Shown here one piece after another: positions 10,970 to 21,980 of a stretch of DNA of 24,058 nt. Each line of letters opens with the position of its first letter. The stretch's first letter is position 1. The position numbers were made by a program, and so were the translations under genes. The DNA is taken from NCBI RefSeq assembly GCF_024521635.1, contig NW_026250433.1, positions 434,001 through 458,058 of the forward strand, given 5' to 3'. The notes beneath the pieces are model-generated. The model was given only the letters and a program-made list of their open reading frames with translations. It did not search any database and was not told the origin of the DNA. This stretch comes from Tricharina praecox (taxonomy: Eukaryota).

Positions 10970-11560
10970 TGTGCCGCAATACGTGGTTAACTGATATCAA
11001 TCGTAGAATGGTCTGATGGACAGTCGAGTGGAATTTTTGCACAGCTACCTCAGATTGCTGTGCCTGAATATTTCAACAGTGTATGGAGGAAGGTGTGAGT
11101 GAACCCCTGTGCTTGGGACTGTCCCCACTCTACTATATTACGCCGGAGAGCAGAACAACATCCCCAAAACATCCCACGCCCCAGAACTAAATTAGGATCA
11201 AAGATTATGTCATATTATGCCGTCCAAAGCACATGAAGGTTCTCTCCTCATGTCCAGTATTACTGTCTTATAGTGCAACTTCACAGTGAAGTGTCCTGGA
11301 GCAATATTCACAGTCCTAAAGAAGTCAAGCAAACGGCCATAGGGACTGTATTCAGCGGAGGAGATTTGTCCTGCTGTATGTTTTCGGTCATGCGAAGTAT
11401 ATCTGGAGGAGGAGATAATCTCTGCTGGCTAGTCTGCTGTCTGGTCAGGACTCAGTTTTCTGGTCTCGCCGGCAAGTATATATCTCAATGGCAGAAATAT
11501 TCTGTATACATAGAATGGAACCAGCCCAGAGAAGAAGCATAAGAATGCAACATAAACAGT

Positions 11561-11626
11561 TCTATCTTCCTACCAATCCTCCCATATTCCTTCTAATCCT
11601 CCCATCTTCCTACGCATCCTCCTATC
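11561..11626 (+). repeat. Pyrimidine-rich minisatellite, about 20-bp unit x3
   Basis: CTTCCTACCAATCCTCCCAT / ATTCCTTCTAATCCTCCCAT / CTTCCTACGCATCCTCCTAT, directly abutting the TIR element. Confidence 0.8.
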
Positions 11627-11978
11627 CAGGGCGGTCAACCGTCCGTCCAGTCCGTCTTTGAGGTGACCTGAGAGGGGACGGAATTAGTTCGTTTGAAGGA
11701 AACAAGGACTACAGCCTTCCGAACTGGCGAATTCAGCACGTATACCCTACAGGGCCCGGAAATGACGGGGACACTAGGACACTGCTAGTGGCGTGGCACC
11801 ACATGGTGGCGAAAGTGTGCGGATGTGTGGCTGTGTGGCTCTATTTCGCACTCTCTCTCAGGATAGTTCATCTTCCGGAGGGAATGGATCAGTCCTTTAA
11901 AACGCCTACCCGGGACGGGACGGGACTACAATCCACTACCTGGGGGAGTGTGATCCGGATGGACGGTTGACCGCCGTG
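11627..11978. mobile_element. Non-autonomous TIR element (MITE, hAT-like ends)
   Basis: Left end CAGGGCGGTCAACCGTCCGTCC versus reverse complement of the right end CACGGCGGTCAACCGTCCATCC (20/22 match). Internal GGGAC(G) and GTGGC motifs recur. No target-site duplication is visible. Confidence 0.7.
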
Positions 11979-11989
11979 GAACCAACCAC

Positions 11990-13380
11990 TGCTATGCAAG
12001 ATCTTCCCGACGACCGGGTAACAGAAGTTGACGTTGTAGACTTTGGGCAACCCTCGCTCAACACGGCTTAGCTCAACCGAGGTCAATGCACTCACCAACG
12101 TTCATAAACAACGGCCACCAGCTGACTCTCTCATGACGCGTCCTGCACTTCACACTCCGGCCATCCTTTGTATGCACACCACCATCATCATCATCTATCT
12201 TCATCCATACGACGTTATCGACCATGCAGTCACAGTTAATATTTGGGATCATGTTTTATCAGACTGTTTTCGCTCTCTGTATGATCTGTGCTTGGCTTAT
12301 CTATCAGATCGTCCTCTCGCTGCGACGTTGATTCCGATGCCGTCGTTGGACTATTTTCTCGTGAAGCGGCACATACAGTTCACGCAGCTGCAGCCTTTCG
12401 ACACGAGAATCCTGTGTGCACTACCACGTTGCCATCTGTCGCCATCCGTGAATGAGTATGATTGTGATCCCTGGATTGACGCTCATATCGCTAATATACC
12501 ACTTGGGTAGGCCCGGTTGCAATCACCGCGGTACGAATCTCCACCGTCGATGCAACTACCACCGCACATTGCTTGCAAGTCCCTCGATCGGCGTCACCGA
12601 AAGGCCGCGCAAGGTGGGATGGTTTCTACAATGTCGAGGTTACGAAGAATTGCTCGTCGGCCTAGGCAACTGCGGAACGTTGCGGGGTTGGTTCAGTCGA
12701 GGACTCGGACTGAGATCGTTTCGCGGTTCCAAAAGCACTTCCCGGGCTTTCTTATTTCTCTTTCAAATGAAACGATACAGCAGCTGGGCTCGCGGTACCC
12801 GGTACTCAAACACAACGCTCGAAAAGCGTCTTGTTGACGACAATCTATTTCATATCGGGCACGCCGAGAAATCCCTTTCGACCCAACGGTTACGACGCTT
12901 AGCAAGCGGCTTTGGGTCATGGGGCGTCGTTGAATCCCTGGGTGGAGGCCGGCTGGTGCAGGAATGGGGCCTTCGGTCGAAGTGGTGCTCTGTTTGCAGA
13001 CTAACTATGTGATGATTGGTTCTGGTTTCTTGCTATGATGCTGTACCTGGCTGCAAGTATGCAGAAGATGCCACTGGAAGATGTCGGTGATGTCAGGCTT
13101 GGTGGTGGTCTATTACGGTATTTGCGTTATAAGACAGTGTGGCCATGTCTGATGTGTGGATGTTTATGTGTATGGCGTCACCTTTTGTATGGTTGGATAC
13201 TTCCAGATGGCAGAAGCGTTTCGAGCTACCGGCGAGGTTGTGTCTCCGGTCAAGAATGTTATGTTCATTTATTTTGTACAGTTGCCCATAGAGTGATTGT
13301 TGTCTTTTTATTTTCAAAGAAACACCAATTCACGTGTTTTCTTCTTCATTAAACACTCGTTTCATCGTTGATCATAAGTC
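11990..13380 (+). repeat. Segmental duplication copy B
   Basis: Colinear with 9395-~10630 at an offset of about 2.6 kb. 13313-13380 also resembles 10783-10827. Confidence 0.95.
12172..13012 (+). CDS. Hypothetical 261-aa Cys/His-rich protein, join(12172..12455,12511..13012)
   Basis: A candidate 55-nt intron at 12456-12510 (GTATGA..GCTAAT..TAG) links track ORFs 12043..12510 and 12452..13012. Net indels versus copy A in exon 1 preserve frame, and several exon-2 differences are synonymous (TTA/TTG, CGG/CGC, CTG/CTA). An alternative donor (GTGAAT) would give a different exon-2 frame. Confidence 0.45.
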
Positions 13381-13696
13381 TTCGCCTCATTCCGACGCGG
13401 GGGTGATAATTATTCCATCAGGTGGTGATGCCGAGTGATGTCACATGACGATTCCTCCATTGCTGCGATCCCTCCATCGCAACGTTTCTCTCGCGCCTTG
13501 GAATGCGAAAATTGTAACCTAATTGAGAATAGCCCGCATAAACTGACGGCATGATATGTCTCCACCGTACATGATCAATGCCCTTCCGTCATACTTCCTA
13601 ATACTCGAGCCTGCCCTATCGTATTCGCCGAGACCCTGAACCGAACCGAGCGAGCTAGTATTTGGAGGCTGCCCCTCTTTCACCCCACTCACGACC

Positions 13697-14953
13697 ATGA
13701 CAGTAACGAGAACCCCACCACCACGATACACAGTCCCATTTCTGCAGCCCCACTGCACCCACACTCTGTATTGGCTCGCTGCAACCGGCAGTCCGGGACA
13801 CTACGCCGCGGCAGCATAATACCAGCTCCCGCCAGTCGTCGTTTCCGTGGAGTCTTCCGGCGATATTAATGCCGGCCGTATCACGAAGGTCAAGCGGTGC
13901 GTACCGAGTCGTCTTTGAAGCAGCACATCGCCATCCGCGATGCGGCCTCTTTTCGTCAGCTCGCTGTCATGGCGGTGGAAACAGCATCCAGTGTGTTGTC
14001 GCGACCGCCTGAGACGAGAAGGACTGGTGAGTTGGGCCGGGGATGGAGAGGACTTCAGTTACATGCGGATTGCGTTGCAGATATGAGGAAGGATATCCTA
14101 CAGGGCACGCAATCGAAAACGATACCTACGTGACTGCTATTCTACGTATCACCGCGCTGGTACGGCGCGCTGCAGTACCCTCCCATTAACTACACCCGCG
14201 ATCGCCTCGATTTCGGCATTCACTCCGTGCTTCGCATCCCTATGCGCTCTACCGCAACGCTGCCATATCTTTGCATGTCAGTCATTCACTGATCGACGTC
14301 TTTGAGTATATCCTTACCTGGCGGACTATGGGGACTAAGTGCTACAGGAATACTCGCGGGCCCGGCGAAATTCTGAAGTTACCAGTGCGAAACGCATGGT
14401 TGCAGGTAGCCTCCACACCACAAAAGACGCCAAACGGCAAACTGATGTTTCCAAATACTATAGTTACCTATAGGGTATCTGGGCATAGCACTCGATGGCG
14501 GCGACGACTGGTTGCATAGCATAACTCCCTGCACATCCACGGCAACCCTCGGTTGCTCTGACGACTAATGGACACCCGAGTGTGCAAATCCTCGATATTA
14601 CTATGGTTCATCGCAGCAACTCCACAGATGACCGAGGCTTCCTTTGGTAGCTCTTTGCCGAATAACGCCAACGCGCCAGAATTATGTTTTCAGGGAGAAA
14701 AACCGATGTTCTGTTGACCATCAATGCTGAGCGTCTCCCCAGATGCAGCGAGAACATTAGGCCATCCTACTGCAACGTCAGGAGTCAGGATAGTGGGACC
14801 GAATGGTGCACGCAGGGACACATTGGGTGGCCAGAGGAGTGGATTGCGATGTCCCCGCGCTTGCTGCTCGACGTCGACGACGGCTTTCCACGGTTTCCAA
14901 AAGGATTTCCATCCGGATGGAAAATCTTCCACCCTGCGGCGGTGTCAAGCTGA
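13697..14953 (+). pseudogene. Possible degenerate protein-coding gene, product unknown
   Basis: A chain of protein-like + strand fragments (track ORFs 13897..14133, 14271..14519, 14684..14953) broken by stops and frameshifts. I could not reconstruct a clean model. Confidence 0.25.
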
Positions 14954-15674
14954 CTCCCGACGAAACGTGACCAGTGGGGTCGCAGTCATGACGTATTTAA
15001 GGCCGGATAAGCAGTCGAGACTCGGTGCCGGCACGTCGTCAAACCGCCATTACAGTGAACCGCATTGCGAAACTCACCTCATGAGTATAGATGGGAGTGG
15101 TTTTTTACATTCCTCATGCGAGGCCCTGCATAAATCTTATCTTATACTGCCTGTCATAACCAGACGCTTTGGATGTTGCAGATTCTGTCACGTTTGTCTG
15201 CGGTAACCGGTCTCCCAGGTAGCTAGCCGGTTAACTCGGCAACGACGGCGATGGCAAGAGATACAGAGGTGGAACATCAATGTCAGCGGAGACAATCTAC
15301 AGCGGCGAAGTGTTCAACAAAGTGACTGCATGGGCGTGGAGATTGCGGTGAGCCCCCAGCATCGATATGAGCTCAAGTACTATTCCGGTGAGTGATTGCA
15401 TGCATTACAGCCCTGTCTGTGGCCACCACATAGACAAAATTAACTTCAACAACGATTCATTTTCTTTATCAGAAATTCCTTCTACATTGAGTATAATGGC
15501 TTACATTGTATTCTGCTTCCTATCCATATTCCGGATCACTGGCTCAGTCTAGCATCGCCATCTCCCACATTCTCCGGCTGAGCTCGAACCCATACGCGTG
15601 CACCGGGGAAAGCGATCAACCGGCGACCCATACGCCACGCACATCTACTCTTTTCAAAATCCCTTCCAACCGCC

Positions 15675-15973
15675 GCTACCCTCTGAGCTAGTCCGATCGT
15701 TCTCCTCTTAAGAAAGTGTTCCGCATCTTCGTTTCTCTCACTTTGGTTAACTAGTACATTGCTTCTGTAGAGGCCACCAGCTTCGTTTAAAAAACATCAC
15801 TCGTTATTCGTTTATCATGAGTGACACATAGTGAACCGAGACACGTAACCGCGGCATACCGCGTCACGAGTACTTACCATGTGAGATAGGCAAGATTAAA
15901 AAGTTCGCAACGACATAGAAGTAAGAGATGCTTCGTGTAATCTAGGTAGTTCATGGATGATGAGATTGATTAG
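15675..15973 (+). repeat. Duplication copy C (3' module of copy A)
   Basis: Shares TCCGCATCTTCGT, GTACATTGCTTCTGTA, AAAAACATCACTCG.TATTCGTT, GAGATGCTTCGT and ATGAGATTGATTAG, in order, with 10676-10969. Confidence 0.9.
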
Positions 15974-16252
15974 CTTCCAATGCAACCTCACGAGGGAGCA
16001 CTTGTGCTCTGACACTGTGCCGACTATGTATTGTTACTCCACAGAGAAAGAAAGTACCTCATAAGATCCCAAGCCCACGCAGTTGATCAGGATAAATCAA
16101 CTTTTAATTATTAAAAAAAGACGAACAAAAAGAACAAATCCTCCGCAAAACACCCCCTATGGGCAGCTCACCATAGCCCGCTGCTGCTCAGCTCCCTCTC
16201 ATCCTCTACCTTCTTCGGCGGTCCGTGACCAAACCAAAACGGAATTGTCGCC

Positions 16253-17006
16253 TTAAACGGGCTGCCACACGTCGGCAAGACCTCCAGACAGTGGGCTGAC
16301 GGAACCTGGATGGCGGGCCATGGAAGTCGAGGCCGCAGCGGTCACTGCTGGCGAAGCCGTTGTTTTTGCGGCTGTTGCCGTTGCTGCTGTTGCAGGTTCG
16401 ATTCCGTGTGCTGCAAACCCGCCCACTACCGGCTGGGATATGAAAGTACAAATGTCTCGATCACGCAGGGCATGACGGGCCGGAGGCCCAGCTTCATCGC
16501 CTCTAGAACCGTGGCCGAGCGGTACGTGTAGCACAAGTAGAATGGAGCGTACTCCATGCTCGCCGCCGCCAAGGCGGAGACCAGCGTACCGTTCGGATTG
16601 AACTGCGCCATGGGCGCAGCCGGAGCGTAGGGGGCAAAGCCACTTACCAAAAGCGACCGAGAAACTGCAGCTGCCGGGGCATTGGAGCTGGTGGTCAAGG
16701 CCGCGGCTTAGGAGAAAGAATCGAACGCTGCCGGAGCTACTGACGGAGCCGGAACGGACGTTTCATGCAAGGTGGGAGCCTCCTTGTAAACCGGTCACAG
16801 ATAGCCATTCCCACCGACGACAGGGGGATTAGCTGGTGAGGGGGCGAGAATGTGTAGGATGTCGGTTTCGGCGCCAACAGCCCGCGTGTCCCTCGCCGCG
16901 GGGATGTCCCGGCCCGTGTGGAAAGGGTTGGCAGATGTGGCGGCGGCGGCTCCGATCCCACGGCTGCTGGTACTGTGCTTGAGCGGCGGCCATTCGAGCA
17001 GCCATA
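16253..17006 (-). pseudogene. Disrupted Ala/Pro/Thr-rich low-complexity protein gene
   Basis: MAARMAAAQAQYQQP, then a frameshift into GIGAAAATSANPF..PVVGGNGYL*PVYKEAP..FS*AAALTTSSNAPAAAV.. (the frame of ORF 16426..16698), then a shift into PVVGGFAAHGIEPATAATATAA (ORF 16253..16534). Composition is consistent across two stops and two frameshifts. Confidence 0.45.
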
Positions 17007-18032
17007 ACGAGTGTTTGCAAGCAACGACGCAAGTTAGGAGCGTCCGTGGCTGGAATCAGAGAATCAACGACCGAATGCCCTCGTAACGGCGGCTGGTAAA
17101 TCCCCAGCGTGCAGATGAGTTGTGGAATCCAGTCAAACTATACAGCGAATGTGATCAGCATGCGCAGGGTGCGGAGATAAAAGTGGCGGGCCTTGAAGGT
17201 CAATGAGCGGACACCGTACTATGCTCCAAGTAACTGAAAACGGCGTATCTCGGGCTGCAGAGCGAGTATAGTCGGCAGTCACTGAGTGGGGACCTGTTCT
17301 TCTCCGCTTGTCCTCTCTCGCTACAACGTAAGTCTGATATATCGTTTATGAGGCATACGGTGACTCCATAGGCTTGTGGTTCAACTTATTTTTCAAGAAG
17401 AGGAATACCTAGGCTAAAACACTTCAGTATTTCGCCGAGCCACAAAAAACGAGGGGGAATCTCTATCAGTTATTTCCTCCCCGTGTTCTCGATGTTTTTC
17501 GAATGGCGCCTCCGAAATCTTTCACCCCACGCGAGGGAAAGGTTCAAGAGGAAAGACGTCGATGTGTAAAAACAGATGAGACAAGTGAGGGATAGAATAG
17601 AAGAAGACATGTCGCGTGATAAGAATTCACATCTTGAAAGGCGGAGGAGATTATAAAAAACAGACATTCTTCTACTTCCTGTACACAGTCTCTTCCGGCA
17701 ACGGAAAGCCCACTCAGCTATCATGAACCCCTTCAGAACTCAGGGAGATGTAGATACAGAGTCCCCATGTCTTCTTCAGAGGTGCCTGTGCTGAAAACAG
17801 CCTACGCACAGCGAGCAGATGCTGCGGGATACGCCTGGCCTTATCCTACGGGATATATGCTGGAAAACAACAGGCTCTCAGTGTCACGTGTTCCATTGCT
17901 CTAGGGGGTTCGAAGCCGCTAAGACCGATGAGGTACGCTAGATATTGAATGAAGTCCTCAAACGGCCTACGGCTCAGAAGACGCTACTCACCATCTACTC
18001 CTGTTGTCCGCAACCATCCATTCTTCTTTTAA

Positions 18033-18920
18033 CCATCCATCATCCGCTGCCAACAGAAACCGCCCAATCCACACCAACCGCGAAAAAACAGAACCGACAG
18101 GCCCGAAATTCGCAATCAAAAGCGCAGTCGCCGTTCCCAGGCTCGTCGCAATGGCGGTGCGAAAGATCGACAAGGAGAAACCAGCCCCACTCAAGACAAC
18201 ATCAAGAAGGAAGTAGCATCTGCTATAGAAGAAGACAGCGACGAGCATTCCGACGAACCAATTAGCTCCGAATCACCTGTCGCAGCCGTAGGAACAGTAC
18301 AAGGTATGTTCTTATAACTAAACACCCACCGTGGCAGAATCTGAACTGAAAGATGTTCAGACGGTTTCTCTGTGGTCATTCCGTCTAAGAGCGGTGATTC
18401 TCCCGACGGTAGTGTCGCGTCTCCTGACTCGGTCGATTCCTGCGTGGGCAAAGATGGCTCGTCTTCTCCTGAGCACTCCATTAGCGACGACGGCTCGGTC
18501 TCCCCCGTGGTTCCCCCTGGTGAATCCCGTTCCTCATCAGTGGAGTCTACCTTTTACGACTATTGTTCGGCTTCCCCCGCACGCTCGGTCGACAAGGAAC
18601 ATTCACCATCAGGGGAGTCATCCATCAGCCAAGATCACTCACCGTCCCCCGCTCTCTCCCAAAACGACGACCGTTCCCTATCGCCGGAGAACCAGGAAGC
18701 CGCCAGTGAGAACGATTATGACGGTCACTCAATCGACAGCATCACCCAAGACAACGATTCCGACGAGGAAGAACACCCGGACCCCAAAGTTTGCACAGTC
18801 GCGCAACTCCCCGACTTCGCCACGGACCACGGTGCCCGCTTCCACAGAAAGGATCGCAGGGCAGAGATGGTCCAGATTGTGACTCAGTGGATGGCGGATC
18901 ACCCACGTGAAGGAAGCTAG
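18033..18920 (+). pseudogene. Disordered protein with basic N-terminus, Ser/Asp-rich centre and C-terminal HeH/LEM-like motif; start codon not found
   Basis: The open frame 18033-18303 (..RNQKRSRRSQARR..EEDSDEHSDE..) joins ORF 18372..18920 through a 57-nt intron at 18304-18360 (GTATGT..CTGAA..CAG, containing an in-frame TAA). It ends DPKVCTVAQLPDFATDHGARFHRKDRRAEMVQIVTQW. Exon 1 has no in-frame ATG; CATCATC at ~18038-18044 may be a mutated start, or an upstream exon is missed. Confidence 0.5.
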
Positions 18921-18999
18921 GCGCGGTGATCTCAACACCCGACTCGGTATGTGGAAGCTCTGTCTGTGTGGGATCCCTCTCGTCCTCAGTTTTTCACCA

Positions 19000-19345
19000 T
19001 GATCTGATTGGGTGACTGGTAATGAAAGTGTTTCTATGCTGAGCCTTCTGGGGGCTATCAATTGGATGCATACTAATCGACCGGAAAGGTTCAATGAAAT
19101 GCATACTTACGTTCGCGTCTGGAGTGTGGGGAATTCTTATTTTTGCGTCGCCATGGGTTTGGGGTCTGATTTCTTCTGATTTGATGACTGGTATTGTACG
19201 TTTTTGTTTGTCAAGCCTTCTGGGGGTTATGATTTGGATGCATACTACTCGACTTCAAAAACCAAAAGAAAAGCGTGTTTTCGTTCTCGTCCGGTGCCTG
19301 GTTGTATTTTCCATCTTGCGTCGTCATGGTTTTGGGGGCTGGATT
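19000..19345 (+). repeat. Two-unit tandem repeat, period about 172 bp
   Basis: AGCCTTCTGGGGG.TAT.A.TTGGATGCATACTA.TCGAC at 19042 and 19214. TGCGTCGYCATGG.TTTGGGG.CTG at 19144 and 19317. Confidence 0.85.
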
Positions 19346-20611
19346 TTACCAGGTTTCACGACCATGATGTTTCATGATTCCATCATAGATGTCTTTTTCT
19401 TCTTGATTTGTTGTGTGTTTCTTCATGTTTTTACACTCACTGTTTGATTTTCTTCAAATCAACGATTCTGAAATCCGTCGTAGCTGTCTTTCTCTTCTTA
19501 GTATGCCTGCCATACCTATTCCATTGGGGCATACATCAGAGACAGACAGCAACGAGGATTGGGAAGAACCAATCACGCTTCTATCACCGGGTGAGGCCGG
19601 AAGAATGGTCAAAGGCATCCGATGATAACTATACACCCACTGTCTAAGAATATAAACCACATGATGCCGAGACAGTTTCTCCGTGGTCATTATGGTCATG
19701 AGTGGGACTGGACTGGCTAGTCAGGTAAAACCTCTCCCCGAACGTGACAGCGTGGACACCGGGCCCTACTGTTCTTCGTCGCGGCCGTTCTATTCCCGGC
19801 CATGTATAGCATCCACCTACATTAGCAATACATTTCGTGCGATACGTTTGGCAAATATCGGATAGAAATTACGCTCGGACACAGCACGTCCTTAGTAACC
19901 CGTTTCTGTGGAAGGAGTAGCACGCCGATTCGAACGCATGGCCTCACAGGACTATACACTCGTAACATGTGGAAAGTTTGATACAAGAGGATTTGCTAGT
20001 ATATTATTTGAATGATGCGGCAAAAATACCTAATGGTGATAGCCACAAGATCTCTGTAAACGCCAAGATTGGGTCCACGCCAGTATGAAACAACACAATA
20101 CAATGATGGATCGAAAATCCGGTCCGTGGGCGGAAACCGAAGCTTCTATGTTTGATGCGGCAATTCGTGACCCACCAAATTCGATGTGGCATCGTAGGCA
20201 TTGTTGAGGTGGGTCGATTCCCTCACCAATCAACGCATTGTTGAACATCCTGCCTGTCGCCGGGTGGACTGTAGCTTCTGTAACTGCACTGGGTCCTCGT
20301 CGTCTAGGTAGTATAGGTGGTGGTTCCAGACCGCATTTGACCCCATCAATCGCCACGCACGTGATCTGTCAGCCGACTGCCGTGGTGACAGTGTCAGAGG
20401 GACTCACGCCTGCGCAAAGGACCCTCAACTAGGAAGTGCTACTGACGTTGAGAATTCGTTGAGGCTCTGCTACTGCCACAAAACATTCGCCCACAACCAT
20501 CCTTTCTTCCTTCCCACTATATCCTTCCTGTCACGATCGCCATCCGGACAGCAACGATATCCCAAAATTTCTTCATTCCCACAGCCCCTTATTTTCTAAC
20601 ACACATTCACG

Positions 20612-21284
20612 ATGACAATCATTTGCTATTATGCATTGATCGGTGCTGCTCACTGGGCAACACCCGAGCAAATCCTGGCAGCCATTGAGCTGGCCATGGA
20701 GGACGTGAACAACGGCGACCTGAGTGTCGACCTTGTAAGTTCGCGGAGTTCATTATTCATACCCCCCACAGTGATCACCAGGACTGACGGGTATACCTAC
20801 TTGCTAGCTACGAACGGTGATGCACGTGCTGCTGAGCCCGGAGCGTCGAGCGGCCCACGACCGAATGCACCGTCTCGACTGTAAGTTTCTTTTCCATGCG
20901 CACTGCATACTTTTTTCGCTGATGGTTGTGTTAGGCGGGATGTGTCCGCGGTGGTTCAACCTGGCTCCAGACTCGCCACTCGCTGACAAAGCTTCCCTCT
21001 CGCGCAGCTTCTCTGAGCAGCAGCCAGACGCGTCCTTGTGGGTTAAGGTCCCGTGCCCGCTTCGTTCTCTGGTCGCAAAGCGGCAGAGGAAAGGTCGTAG
21101 GACCGCTCCTCGGCCGCTCTGGGAAGCAGCGGATACGAAGCGGCACGCGGCGGCGAAGAAGGTGCTGGTGCTCCGGGCGGACGGAGCAACCACGGTCGAT
21201 GCGATCTACGGACGCATGGGGTGGGCTGTTGGTGCGATGGGAGGAGATCGGCGTCGCCAAGTGACGAGTCAAGAGCAGAGGTGA
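20612..21284 (+). CDS. 181-aa protein with N-terminal J-domain-like region lacking HPD, join(20612..20734,20808..20880,20935..21284)
   Basis: ATG in CACGATG context. Introns at 20735-20807 (GTAAGT..CTGAC..TAG) and 20881-20934 (GTAAGT..CTGAT..TAG). The spliced N-terminus YYALIG-x4-ATPEQILAAIELAM..VLLSPERRAAHDR matches the DnaJ pattern YYxxLG-x4-A-x4-IxxAYxxLAM..VLxDxxKRAAYD. Confidence 0.7.
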
Positions 21285-21980
21285 TTACTGCAATTTCTCC
21301 ATCCCATGGCCACTGGTTACGTGGTGAGGTTTTTTTACCTTCGGTGTTTCCTCTGAAAAAAACATCATCTTCCTGGCCACTGCGCGAGGGGATGAGGTTC
21401 TTATTCTGCTGCTTTGCTGCTTCGCTGCTGCACCCAACCATTGATAGCTGGCCAGTTGCACCTAGGTATGGGAACCTTTGAAAGCAATGCTGCTAGAGTA
21501 CTATGGAGTCCCGGTTTCGAACGCCTTCAGGATTCCAGGAAGAATATCAATGTATCTTGTGCGCAGCTCATCTGGAATATGGCGGATTATTTTAAAACCT
21601 TTCCTGCCCGTCTTCCAGCGACACCAGGTGAAGATCCCACCAGGGCTGTTGACCTCATGATAGGCGTCCGTATGAAAATGTGTTCGGGCGTCGCCCTCAC
21701 TTTGATCGAAATGGCAAGTTAGCTAGGGACATAGCTCGTGGCTGCCACGTGAAGGGACTTTCCGTTTCGTTTAGTCTTGTGCTACAACGGTAACCTAAGG
21801 TTCTCGCCTTGGTAGCTCGTGGTTTCCTCTCATCGCCCGTCTCCTTCCCTCAACCTTTTACCCCAAACCCACATCACAGCAAAGAGTCTTTTCCATCCCC
21901 CTTCAACTCATATTTTGGCATTTGGTTCGGTTCACCGCCGTTTCCTCACCTTTGTACTAAGTTCACAGTCGTCCGTCACG

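Noticed and set aside
19094..19447. 117-aa hydrophobic ORF as TM segments of a Heh1/Src1-like protein
   Set aside because: Separated from the HeH-like ORF by stops and frameshifts, built on a ~172-bp repeat that is not a multiple of 3, and with no MSC domain. T/G-rich UTR sequence can explain the hydrophobicity.
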